Program-made: the position numbers and the translations under genes
DNA from: a virus
Lineage: Duplodnaviria; Caudoviricetes
Direction: 5' to 3' (one strand)
Length of the DNA stretch: 34,003 bases
IMG/VR virus record: IMGVR_UViG_3300037419_001409
Coordinates: 1-34,003 of that record
The notes under the pieces: model-generated
Seen by the model: the letters and a program-made list of their open reading frames with translations, nothing else
What the model was told of the DNA's origin: nothing
Databases searched by the model: none
Part shown: positions 1 to 7,653 of the stretch, one piece after another
How positions within the stretch are numbered: position 1 is the stretch's first letter
How the letters are laid out: each line of letters opens with the position of its first letter

Positions 1-5
1 TTCGG

Positions 6-251
6 ATGCTAGACGGTATTCGCAAGGGCAACCGCGAATTCAACGGCGCGGTCCTCCGGATGACCATCGCCAACGCCAAGAACATGGCAGAGGCGTATCT
101 GAGCACGCTCGATGCCGTTGAGGCCGAATGCCGGGCTCACCTCGCCGAGCGTGAGCGGGTTCTGGTGTTCTCCGTCCTGCCGCCCGCGAAGCCATTCGGA
201 CGCCGCCAGTCGACTGGAATTCCCGCTGTCGTCAGCCCGGAGGCGTTCTGA
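6..251 (+). CDS. Hypothetical phage protein (may be 5'-truncated by window edge)
   Basis: ORF ends in a TGATG overlap with the next gene. Confidence 0.5.
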   Translation: MLDGIRKGNREFNGAVLRMTIANAKNMAEAYLSTLDAVEAECRAHLAERERVLVFSVLPPAKPFGRRQSTGIPAVVSPEAF

Positions 252-502
252 TGCCCGCCTTCGAAATTCGTCCCGTGATGGGCAGCGACTGCCTCGAAAT
301 CATGGCCGATGGGGTGCGCGCGGCCATCATATACCCGCCCGAAGATGACGGCCGGGTCGCGATCTACCCGTGGCCACGCACCTACCAGACCCTGACCTTT
401 GAGGGCCTGCCCTCCCCGCTGCGCCCCGAATGGGACTGGCATCCGTCGCTGGAGAGTGTGCGGGCCATGCTCGGCATCGAAGAGGAGAGGCAGGCAGCAT
501 GA
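251..502 (+). CDS. Hypothetical phage protein
   Basis: GGAGG upstream; overlapping stop/start at both ends. Confidence 0.65.
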   Translation: MPAFEIRPVMGSDCLEIMADGVRAAIIYPPEDDGRVAIYPWPRTYQTLTFEGLPSPLRPEWDWHPSLESVRAMLGIEEERQAA

Positions 503-711
503 GCTACCTTCTGCGACCCGAGATCCATTTCGAAATCACGATCTGGCCGCCTCGTATCAGCTACCGGCGCGGCGTCTGGCATGCCTTCGGCCGCAGAAGC
601 CGGCGGCTCAAGTACCTGCCGATCCCGCTCAAGAGCGACATCCACCTTGGTTGGGCAACGACCAGGGATGGAGCACGCAATCTCGGCGAGGGCTGGGGGG
701 AGCGGCCATGA
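499..711 (+). CDS. Small hypothetical protein, paralog of 3286..3516
   Basis: ATGA overlap start (MSYLLRPE...); about two-thirds identical to 3286..3516 by manual alignment. Confidence 0.7.
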   Translation: MSYLLRPEIHFEITIWPPRISYRRGVWHAFGRRSRRLKYLPIPLKSDIHLGWATTRDGARNLGEGWGERP

Positions 712-1217
712 ACGCGCCCGTCCGCATTCCCCTTCATGAGGAAATGGCGCTGGCGAATAGGGTCGCCGACGCCCTCGTTGCAGCAGGCGTTCTGCCCGAG
801 GACGACGACTACGCCGAGCTGATGGCCTCGGAAACCGACATCCAGGCTCGCTTGGTTCGCATCCTCCGCGTCGCCCGGCTCACCGAAGCCCAGTCCAAGG
901 CTCTCGGACAGATCGAGGCCGACATGCGAGCCCGCCGGGATCGGCTCGACACCAAGGCTCAGCGGCTGCGGGGCATCGTGCTCCAGGCGATGAGCGATCT
1001 GGGGCTGAAGAAGCTCGAAGGCCCCGACCTCGGCGCTTCGCTCTCTGCCGGTAAGCCGAAGGTCCAGATCATCGACCCGGCAGCCCTGCCTGACGACGTG
1101 TGCGTCTTCCGCCGCGAGCCGAGCAAGACCGCCATCGCCGCTGCACTCGCTGAAGGCCCGGTCTCCGGAGCCGAGTGGAGCAACCCTCAGCCCGTGCTGA
1201 CGATCAGGAGCCGGTGA
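708..1217 (+). CDS. Siphovirus Gp157-like (Mu Gam-like) protein
   Basis: Coiled-coil region, then LKKLEG...KVQIIDPAALPDD...EPSKTAIAAAL..G.V.GAE..LTIR C-terminus; lies upstream of SSAP and NinB. Confidence 0.85.
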   Translation: MNAPVRIPLHEEMALANRVADALVAAGVLPEDDDYAELMASETDIQARLVRILRVARLTEAQSKALGQIEADMRARRDRLDTKAQRLRGIVLQAMSDLGLKKLEGPDLGASLSAGKPKVQIIDPAALPDDVCVFRREPSKTAIAAALAEGPVSGAEWSNPQPVLTIRSR

Positions 1218-1894
1218 TGGCTACTGCGAACGACAAGATCCGCGACGTGCTGCAGCGCTATGGCGAGGCGTTCACCGAAGGCCAGGGTGGGAACGTCTGG
1301 CGCGTGCAGGGCACGCCCGTCATCTCGCACCGCTGCCTGGAGCGGATCGCCGCCCAGGCCGGCATCGCCTTCGATCTGCCGACCATCCTCCGCAGCGAGC
1401 GCGACGAGGCCGTAATCCTCGTCGCCGGCAGCCTCGACAAGCGCCGGGAGTGGTCGATTGGGGAGGCCGTGATCAACGTGAACTACCGCGTGTCCGGCAA
1501 GCAGGCAGCCTACGTCTACGCGATGGCCGAGAAGCGCGCGAAGGATCGCGTCATCCTCAAGCTGGTTGAGCTTCACGGTCTCGCCTACTCGGAGGAGGAG
1601 GCGGACGAATTCAAAGGAAAGTCGGCCGGCAGCGGCGATCCTGACGACCGCGCCCAGTACGAGATCGATCAGGACGACGAAGCTGCTGAGGCCGCTAGGC
1701 GCTTCATCGCCGACTGCGAGCGCGCCATCGACGCCGAGCAGAACCGTACCGCCCTCTTGGAGTGGTGGAACGGCAAGCAGCGCAAGGATGACTTCCTTCG
1801 CTACCAGCTCACGCCCGATGAAGGCGGCGCGCTCTCTGCGCGTGTGAAGCGCCGGGCCGAGGAATTGGCTGCTAGCGTGAGGGCTGCCGCATGA
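1217..1894 (+). CDS. Probable single-strand annealing protein (RecT/Erf/Rad52-like superfamily)
   Basis: YAMAEKRAKDRVILKL..LHGLAYSEEEAD resembles the SSAP core motif; position between Gp157 and NinB; acidic linker and helical C-terminal domain. Confidence 0.65.
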   Translation: MATANDKIRDVLQRYGEAFTEGQGGNVWRVQGTPVISHRCLERIAAQAGIAFDLPTILRSERDEAVILVAGSLDKRREWSIGEAVINVNYRVSGKQAAYVYAMAEKRAKDRVILKLVELHGLAYSEEEADEFKGKSAGSGDPDDRAQYEIDQDDEAAEAARRFIADCERAIDAEQNRTALLEWWNGKQRKDDFLRYQLTPDEGGALSARVKRRAEELAASVRAAA

Positions 1895-2304
1895 CCGCCC
1901 GTCACCTCCTCGTCCTCGCCAACGACGCCATTCGCGAGAAGGCCATCCGGTGGATCCGGGGCCTGCCGGCCGGAACCCGCGTGGAGTTCAAGGGGCCAGC
2001 CCGGTCGCTCGACGCCAATGCGCTGATGTGGGCGCGTCTGACCGATATCGCCAAACAGGTCGAATGGTACGGCCAGCGCCTCTCGGCTGAGGACTTCAAG
2101 GACATTCTGACAGCCTCGCTCCGAAAGTCCCGTGTCGTGCCCGGTATTGATCCCGGCACCGTCGTTCCGCTCGGCATACGGACTTCGGACATGAGCAAGG
2201 CCGAGTTCAGCGAGCTTCTGGCGCTGATTGACGCCTTTGCCGCCGAGCGTGGCGTGGTCTGGTCAGACAGCGGCTTTGAGGATGCCGCCAGGAGGGCGGC
2301 ATGA
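1891..2304 (+). CDS. ninB: NinB/Orf-family recombination protein
   Basis: RSLDANALMWA..TDIAKQVEW.G..LSAEDFKD and VPG...G.RTSDMSKAEFSELLALI.AF.AERGV motifs. Confidence 0.9.
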   Translation: MTARHLLVLANDAIREKAIRWIRGLPAGTRVEFKGPARSLDANALMWARLTDIAKQVEWYGQRLSAEDFKDILTASLRKSRVVPGIDPGTVVPLGIRTSDMSKAEFSELLALIDAFAAERGVVWSDSGFEDAARRAA

Positions 2305-2423
2305 CCCTCAACGACATCGCCCTGACCGGCGCCGCTCTGCTCGGCTTCGGCGTGCTCACGATCATCACGGTTCTGTTTGGCCCGGTTGTTCGGGCGGCTG
2401 GCGCTCTTCGGAGGGCGAAATGA
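2301..2423 (+). CDS. 40-aa single-TM peptide
   Basis: ATGA overlaps at both ends; GGAGG RBS; MTLNDIALTGAALLGFGVLTIITVLFGPVVRAAGALRRAK. Confidence 0.55.
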   Translation: MTLNDIALTGAALLGFGVLTIITVLFGPVVRAAGALRRAK

Positions 2424-3286
2424 GAACGCTGAACAACGCCTGGACGGAAGCCGAAGACGCCCTGCTCAAGGCGAACTATCACCGGGGCTCTCGCTGGTGC
2501 TGTGACCGCCTGCCTGGACGCACACAGTCGGCCGTCAAGAAACGGGCTGCCGTCATCGGTGCCGCTCGGCCCGTCGCTGACGTGCATCACGAGTGGACGC
2601 CTCTGCTCGATGCACAGATCCGCCGCGCGTACCAAGAGGGCTTCGGTGCCCCCGCTGCCCTGGCTCGCAGCACGGGCATTCCGCCGAATTGCTTGAGCCG
2701 TCGCGCCGCTGCGCTGGGCCTCGGGGCTCGGCCCGTTCCCTTCAGCGCCGAGGAAGCGGAGTTTGTTGAGCGCCACCTTCATCTCAGCCGGAACCAGATC
2801 TCAAAGCTGATGGCGAAGCGCGGCTGGCATCGCTCAAAGCAGGCCATCCAGCGCTTTCTGCATGCACGCGGGATCGGGGGGATCGGCGACTACCTGTCCA
2901 TCCCGACGTTGGCCGCCTGCCTGGGCATGTCAGAGTTCTCGATACGGGGCAGCATCGCTCGCGGCGAACTGCTGGTGGAGCGGTCGGAAGGCGAGGAAGG
3001 GCGGATCGTCATCGCTCAGCCGGAAGTCGCGAGATGGATCATCCGGCACCCGCATCGGATCGACCTGCGCCGGGCGGAAGGCCCTTGGCTGATCGACCTC
3101 CTGGCTCGGTACGGCTCGCTCGGGCTGATCGATGAACGGGATCAGTGGCGTCGCATCCTGGCCCTGCACGAACTCGGCAAGAGCAACCAGGAGATCGCGG
3201 CCATTCTGGAGACGAAACCCAACATCGTCGCGAGCACGCTGTCTCAACGGCGGTCCAAGTCAGGCCAGCAAGAGGAGGCTGCGTGA
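2420..3286 (+). CDS. Multi-HTH DNA-binding protein with Myb/SANT-like repeats
   Basis: Repeats WTEAEDALL..PGRTQSAVKKRA, WTPLLDAQI, FSAEEAEFV; then LSIPTLAACLGMSE HTH and C-terminal GKSNQEIAAILE HTH. Confidence 0.7.
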   Translation: MRTLNNAWTEAEDALLKANYHRGSRWCCDRLPGRTQSAVKKRAAVIGAARPVADVHHEWTPLLDAQIRRAYQEGFGAPAALARSTGIPPNCLSRRAAALGLGARPVPFSAEEAEFVERHLHLSRNQISKLMAKRGWHRSKQAIQRFLHARGIGGIGDYLSIPTLAACLGMSEFSIRGSIARGELLVERSEGEEGRIVIAQPEVARWIIRHPHRIDLRRAEGPWLIDLLARYGSLGLIDERDQWRRILALHELGKSNQEIAAILETKPNIVASTLSQRRSKSGQQEEAA

Positions 3287-3516
3287 TGTACACCCTGAGA
3301 CCTGAGCCTTATCTTGAAGTGTCGATCTGGCCGCCCAAGATTATCTGCCGGCGCACCGTCTGGCACGCCTTCGGTCGCACCAGCCGATGGCTCAAGTACC
3401 TGCCATTCCCTCTCGCAAGTGACGTGTTCCTCGGCCGCGCGACGACCTTCGACGGCGCACGCAATCTCGGCAGAGGGTGGGATGAGCGGAACAAGCAGGA
3501 GGCGCCCCATGCCTGA
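3286..3516 (+). CDS. Small hypothetical protein, paralog of 499..711
   Basis: TGATG overlap; shares IWPP..RR.VWHAFGR.SR.LKYLP and DGARNLG.GW with 499..711. Confidence 0.7.
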   Translation: MYTLRPEPYLEVSIWPPKIICRRTVWHAFGRTSRWLKYLPFPLASDVFLGRATTFDGARNLGRGWDERNKQEAPHA

Positions 3517-3937
3517 CGCCAAGATCGCGCCTACCGTGGCAGAGGCCCAGGTCGGGGATCTGCTCTGGCTCATGGACCCGACCGCGCCCCGCTACGATGC
3601 GGACGGCAAGTACCAAGGACGCGGCGACTGGAGGCTCATTGATGCGACGACGGTCGGCCGCATGTCGGTCGAAGTTGCGACGTACCGCAGCGGGACCAAG
3701 TTCGACCGCAAGACCGGGGCCATGCGCGGCTCCAGCGGCTACAACAATGTGCCCTATCTCTGCGGCGCCAAGGAGCGAACCGCCAGATGGTGGGCAGGCC
3801 AAGTGTACGCCATCGCGAGGAAGGTCGAGCGCTGCCGGGATGAAGAGACGCTGAAGACCATCGCGTTCGCTCTCGGCATCGAAGGCCCGCCGGACTTCTC
3901 CAAAGCACCCGCAGAGATGGAGGCCACCAATGCCTAG
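3509..3937 (+). CDS. Hypothetical phage protein
   Basis: AGGAGG RBS; MPDAKIAPTV... start; fits the operon. Confidence 0.7.
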   Translation: MPDAKIAPTVAEAQVGDLLWLMDPTAPRYDADGKYQGRGDWRLIDATTVGRMSVEVATYRSGTKFDRKTGAMRGSSGYNNVPYLCGAKERTARWWAGQVYAIARKVERCRDEETLKTIAFALGIEGPPDFSKAPAEMEATNA

Positions 3938-3991
3938 GCCCATCCGTCTCCCAGAGCGGGATCAGGTCACTGAGGACAGAGGAGGAGAGCA

Positions 3992-4426
3992 GTGAGCGTG
4001 CGCCCCCTGACGCCAGAGCAGGAAGAGGCAATGGATCAAAGGATCGCGGATGCCTTGGACTTCGGGCATCTCATGAGCCCCCCGCCGCCGCCCTTGGTTA
4101 GCGTCCCGATACCTCACGCCGAAAAACGCTCGACCGATGTGCCGGGCCTGTTCGGAAGGCGCCGCACCGTGGCGGTCCCTCACCTGACCTACGTCATCCA
4201 GTCTGGGCCGTTCGTGAAGATCGGGGCCACCGCGAACGTCGAGAACCGCGTGCGCGAACTCATGATCGACAACCCGCACGAAGTGATCGCTCTGGCGGTA
4301 CTTCCTGGCGGCCGAACGGTCGAAGGCGCTCTCCATCGCCGGTTCAAGGCTTACCGGCATCGGCACGAGTGGTTCAGGGTCGAGGGTGATTTAGCCCAGT
4401 GGATTGAAGGGGGCTGCATTGAGTAA
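3992..4426 (+). CDS. GIY-YIG nuclease, T5orf172/MUG113-like
   Basis: YVIQSGPFVKIG.T.NVENRV.EL...EGALHRRF.....EWF signature; GGAGGAG RBS with GTG start. Confidence 0.85.
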   Translation: MSVRPLTPEQEEAMDQRIADALDFGHLMSPPPPPLVSVPIPHAEKRSTDVPGLFGRRRTVAVPHLTYVIQSGPFVKIGATANVENRVRELMIDNPHEVIALAVLPGGRTVEGALHRRFKAYRHRHEWFRVEGDLAQWIEGGCIE

Positions 4427-4865
4427 GGTTTCTGTTCCCCGGTTGGATGAAATCGCGAATGACACGCCGTTGCGCCTTGAAGTGGCGGCTGCCCTCGCTT
4501 TTCCTGGCGGCGGCATGACGGTTAGCGGCCTCCGCAAGGAAGCCGCGCGCGGGCGCCTTGTCATCGAGCGCATCGCCGGCAGAGATTACACCACGTTGGC
4601 CGCCATAGCGAAGATGAGGGGGCAATGCCGCGTCCAGCCAAAGGGGCTCGTCTCTATCTCGTACCAGCCCGCCGAGACAAAGCTGGCCGCGTCACCCGAG
4701 CCGCCCGATGGGTCATCCGCGACGGCGACCGCATGCACCCCACAGGATGCGCTGCAAGCGAAGTTGCAGAAGCTCATCAAGCCTTCGCCAACTACCTCCG
4801 CGAAGCGCACCGGCCGACGCGCGGGCAACGTGGTATCGCTGAAATCCCGGTCGCAGATGTCCTGA
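4419..4865 (+). CDS. xis: Excisionase-like protein (start uncertain)
   Basis: DTPLRLEVAAALAFPGGGMTVSGLRKEAARGRLVIERIAGRDYTTLAAI, typical of rhizobial excisionases; directly upstream of and overlapping int. Confidence 0.8.
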   Translation: MSKVSVPRLDEIANDTPLRLEVAAALAFPGGGMTVSGLRKEAARGRLVIERIAGRDYTTLAAIAKMRGQCRVQPKGLVSISYQPAETKLAASPEPPDGSSATATACTPQDALQAKLQKLIKPSPTTSAKRTGRRAGNVVSLKSRSQMS

Positions 4866-5773
4866 ACATCTACGCCGACGATATCGTCTCACGGGATCCC
4901 GATGCCTCGCGCATCGCCCGGCGCATCGCCCGGCTGGCGGCATGGTGGGGCAATCGCACGCTCGCCCAGGTGACGGGCGCGACGTGCCGAGCCTATGCCG
5001 CATCAAGGCCGGGCCCAGGCGGCGCGCGGCGCGATCTGCAAGACCTGTCGGCCGCCATCGGACACCACCACCGCGAGGGCTACCATCGCGAGGAGATCAA
5101 GGTCTGGCTGCCGCCGAAGGGCAATGCCCGCGAGCGCTGGCTGACGCGATCCGAAGTCGCCAAGCTGGTGTGGACGTGCTGGCGGGCCCGTGAGGGTGGC
5201 GACCGGGAGGGCGAGGGCCGCTACACCATGCGCCACATCGCCCGGTTCATCCTCTTGGCCTACTCGACGGCGAGCCGGCCGGGCGCCGTGCTCACGGCGA
5301 GCTGGGAGGCGGCGTCGGGCCGGTCCTACCTCGACCTCGACCGGGGCATGTTCTACCGGCTGAAGGACGGTGGGCGGATCACCAACAAGCGCCAGCCGCC
5401 CGTGCCGCTGACCGACAAGATGCTTGCCCATCTGCGCCGCTGGCGTCGGCTTGGCGGATCCTACGCGGTGGAGTTCCGCGGCAAGCCAGTCGCCCGCATC
5501 AAAGTCGGGTTCGCCAGCGCCGTGAAGCTGGCCGGGCTCGGGGCTGGCGTGTCGCCGCACACGCTTCGGCATTCGGCCGTGACGCACATGCTGCTCGATG
5601 GCGTCGACCCGTGGCAGGCAGCCGGTTACGCGGGCATGAGCGAGGCCGTGATGAAACTGCACTATGCCCACCACCACCCCGATCACATGAGTGGCGCGAA
5701 AGCCTCGATGAGTGGGCGCAAGCGTTGGGCGACAGAAACGCTACAGATTGGCGTGAACCGAGCGCGAACATGA
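4625..5773 (+). CDS. int: Tyrosine recombinase / phage integrase
   Basis: Catalytic motifs TASR, TNKR, PHTLRHS and HYAHH; RERWLTRSE; followed by attP. Confidence 0.95.
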   Translation: MPRPAKGARLYLVPARRDKAGRVTRAARWVIRDGDRMHPTGCAASEVAEAHQAFANYLREAHRPTRGQRGIAEIPVADVLNIYADDIVSRDPDASRIARRIARLAAWWGNRTLAQVTGATCRAYAASRPGPGGARRDLQDLSAAIGHHHREGYHREEIKVWLPPKGNARERWLTRSEVAKLVWTCWRAREGGDREGEGRYTMRHIARFILLAYSTASRPGAVLTASWEAASGRSYLDLDRGMFYRLKDGGRITNKRQPPVPLTDKMLAHLRRWRRLGGSYAVEFRGKPVARIKVGFASAVKLAGLGAGVSPHTLRHSAVTHMLLDGVDPWQAAGYAGMSEAVMKLHYAHHHPDHMSGAKASMSGRKRWATETLQIGVNRART

Positions 5774-5947
5774 GCGCACAAACGCGAACGGTTGTCGTTG
5801 ATTTTATTGGCTTTTTCAGTAAAGCCGGACGTTATGAGCGGCCGGCTCTAACCATTGAGCTACGGGCCCGAAGCTTTATGCTTCAGTAGCTTAGCGCTGA
5901 TGCTGCCGGCCGGCGACAGGCTGGACGACAGAAACGGCGACAGAAAC
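5729..5947. other. attP: core AGCCGGACG-TTATGAG-CGGCCGGCT (5823-5847) flanked by arm-type repeats (G/A)CGACAGAAAC
   Basis: Inverted core arms around a 7-bp overlap equal to the tRNA anticodon loop. Arm repeats at 5729 and 5740 (degenerate) on the left, and 5913 (partial), 5925 and 5937 (12-bp period) on the right. Confidence 0.85.
5830..5869 (-). pseudogene. 5' half of tRNA(CAU), probably Ile2 (often annotated Met); attP identity block, not a complete tRNA
   Basis: Minus strand reads GGGCCCGTAGCTCAATGGTTAGAGCCGGCCGCTCATAACG (acceptor 5' strand, D arm, anticodon loop CTCATAA); no T arm or CCA follows. Confidence 0.85.
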
Positions 5948-5954
5948 CGCCTTT

Positions 5955-5983
5955 TGAGTACCTGCCGCCGAGCCATGCATCAA
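5955..5983 (-). promoter_or_regulatory. Putative sigma70 promoter pointing into the tRNA half
   Basis: Minus strand TTGATG-N17-TACTCA, about 85 bp upstream of the tRNA 5' end. Confidence 0.4.
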
Positions 5984-6097
5984 GGCCCCCTCCCCGCCTC
6001 TCAGGCGATTAGTCGGGCTTGGGGGCGGAGGGGCGTTCCGGCGCGCCAGCGATAGCGTCGAGCGCCTTGTCGCTGATCTCGGTGTGCGGCTGTCCGA

Positions 6098-6316
6098 TTA
6101 AGGCTTCCGGGCTCGGTCTGCAGCGATCCGCTCCTCAACGATCCTTCGCACCGCTTCCGAGAAGTTGGGCGCCCTGCCCGGCTGTTGCTTGCACCACTCT
6201 TCAAGTTCACGGACCCACCGCGCCGTGACGACGAGCTGCTTGCGCACGTCCGCCAATTCCCCTTCGGGCTCGACCCGTCGCGTCACCCTCGGCCCCGCCA
6301 TCGAAAATCTGATCAC
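6098..6316 (-). CDS. Ribbon-helix-helix-like regulator
   Basis: VRKQLVVTARWVRELEEWCKQQPGRAPNFSEAVRRIVE; GGAG RBS with GTG start; similar to 10016..10237. Confidence 0.7.
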   Translation of the reverse strand: MIRFSMAGPRVTRRVEPEGELADVRKQLVVTARWVRELEEWCKQQPGRAPNFSEAVRRIVEERIAADRARKP

Positions 6317-6389
6317 GGCGTCATAGCTCCGCTTGCCCTTAGCCTCAACATGTGTAACTTGAGCAAATCGCTTATGCAAGGGACCGGCT

Positions 6390-6977
6390 ATGGGCATCGT
6401 GGTTGAGATGAACCAGGGCGGCGCGAGCGCCCGCTCTGCGGCGGACATGGGCGCCCCTGATCTTTCTGATGAGAAAAGAAAGTCGCTTGAACAGCTACTG
6501 GGCTGCTATGATGAGGCGCTCCAGCTAGAACAAATTGCAAAGCTCGCCTTTACTGACCCTCTCGCTGCTAGAGATGCACTAAGATTATTCGGGGGAAATA
6601 GCGGGTTCGAATTCTTGGAGACCGCTATCTCGGCGTTCATTATGCGGTCTATCGCGGATAGCCGCTACCGCGAAGAACATGTCCGCAAAGAATTCTACGA
6701 CAACCTGGGTGCGTACATACCGGGAGCCACAAAAGCAGCCGTTCCGTTGTTCAAGAAGAACATTCCAGACGGTTTCATCGCTGTCGATGGAGAAACGGCC
6801 CCGGTAGAGATTAAGCGGTACGCTTTCGATGAGAAAGCGCTGGTGCAAATTCTTCGCTACATGACGGCGTATAGATGCGACCTTGGGTTCGCCGTTGCGC
6901 CAAAGCTCGCTTGCAAGCTGCCGGCCAACGTCCGCTTCGTAAAGGTTTTGCCTCCGGACCAAGAGGCGCGCCAATGA
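6390..6977 (+). CDS. PD-(D/E)XK nuclease-like protein
   Basis: IPDGF...PVEIK...ALVQILRYM (PD..EXK..QxxxY pattern); more AT-rich than neighbours; start uncertain. Confidence 0.7.
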   Translation: MGIVVEMNQGGASARSAADMGAPDLSDEKRKSLEQLLGCYDEALQLEQIAKLAFTDPLAARDALRLFGGNSGFEFLETAISAFIMRSIADSRYREEHVRKEFYDNLGAYIPGATKAAVPLFKKNIPDGFIAVDGETAPVEIKRYAFDEKALVQILRYMTAYRCDLGFAVAPKLACKLPANVRFVKVLPPDQEARQ

Positions 6978-7072
6978 CCGTGGCCGAGAAGACCGTCACG
7001 CAGGTGCGCGTCACGCCGAAGGGCCTGACCAAGCTCGCCAAGCTGCTGCCGCCGGCTGCCAGCCCGGTCTGA
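6974..7072 (+). pseudogene. C-terminal remnant of a KilAC/ANT phage antirepressor
   Basis: EKTVTQVRVTPKGLTKLAKLL matches the characteristic end of ANT/KilAC domains; only 32 codons. Confidence 0.65.
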
Positions 7073-7136
7073 TCAGAAACGGGTCAGGCGCGCGCGAAGC
7101 CCAGCCTGACCCCTCCCCTAACTCATAGGAGAGACG

Positions 7137-7382
7137 ATGACCCTGCCACTCCTTACGCCAGCCACCGCGCCCCTCACGCGGGACTTCGATTTCGTCGGCT
7201 GGGTCTGCGTCGCCCCGGAGGGCGACCCGCATTGGGGTTCGGCCCGGAGCGCCATGACTGACAGTCTGCATGCGTGCTTCGGAGCGGCTACGCCCGAGCG
7301 CCTGGACAGCCTCGCACGTAAGGGTTGGCGGTGCGTGCCGATTGGAGCCTTCGCGCAGTCCGCGCCTACGGGAGAGAAGTAA
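7137..7382 (+). CDS. Hypothetical protein
   Basis: AGGAGA RBS; TAATG overlap with next gene. Confidence 0.65.
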   Translation: MTLPLLTPATAPLTRDFDFVGWVCVAPEGDPHWGSARSAMTDSLHACFGAATPERLDSLARKGWRCVPIGAFAQSAPTGEK

Positions 7383-7591
7383 TGCCCGTGACGCTGCCCG
7401 GCTGGATCTTGTTCGCCGTGATGCTGGCCTCAAACTGCGTCGCCAGCTTCATGTCCGGAACCCTGCTCTTCACGGGCTTCGGCAAGCGCGAGCCGAAGTC
7501 GCTCCGCTACATGGTCACGGCCCTGGCATTCGGAGCCGTGATGATCGCCTCGGCCCTGCTGTTCATCTGGGTCGAGCCGAGGCCGGCGTGA
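7382..7591 (+). CDS. Small two-TM membrane protein
   Basis: Two hydrophobic segments (WILFAVMLAS...; YMVTALAFGAVMIASALLFIWV). Confidence 0.65.
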   Translation: MPVTLPGWILFAVMLASNCVASFMSGTLLFTGFGKREPKSLRYMVTALAFGAVMIASALLFIWVEPRPA

Positions 7592-7653
7592 GGCGCTGTC
7601 TCCTCCGTTCAAACGAGCGTTCAACCGGATGAAACACCCCGCAGGAGGGAACG

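Noticed and set aside
399-707. Upstream extensions of called ORFs (399, 1175, 2228, 3145, 3314, 9086, 10105, 12743) and the many antisense ORFs in the track
   Set aside because: They overlap better-supported genes. Downstream starts have an RBS or stop/start coupling, and long shadow ORFs are expected at high GC.
499-3516. DGR template/variable repeat pair
   Set aside because: Differences between the two paralogs are not adenine-specific, and no reverse transcriptase is present in the window.
5830-5869. Functional tRNA gene
   Set aside because: Only the 5' 40 nt are present; there is no T arm, 3' acceptor strand or CCA.
5774-6097. Prophage/host junction (attL or attR)
   Set aside because: Arm repeats lie on both sides of the core and phage-type genes continue beyond it.
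7081-7112. Terminator GGGTCAGGC...GCCTGACCC
   Set aside because: The hairpin is real but has a 14-nt loop and no U-tract on either strand, so no function can be supported.
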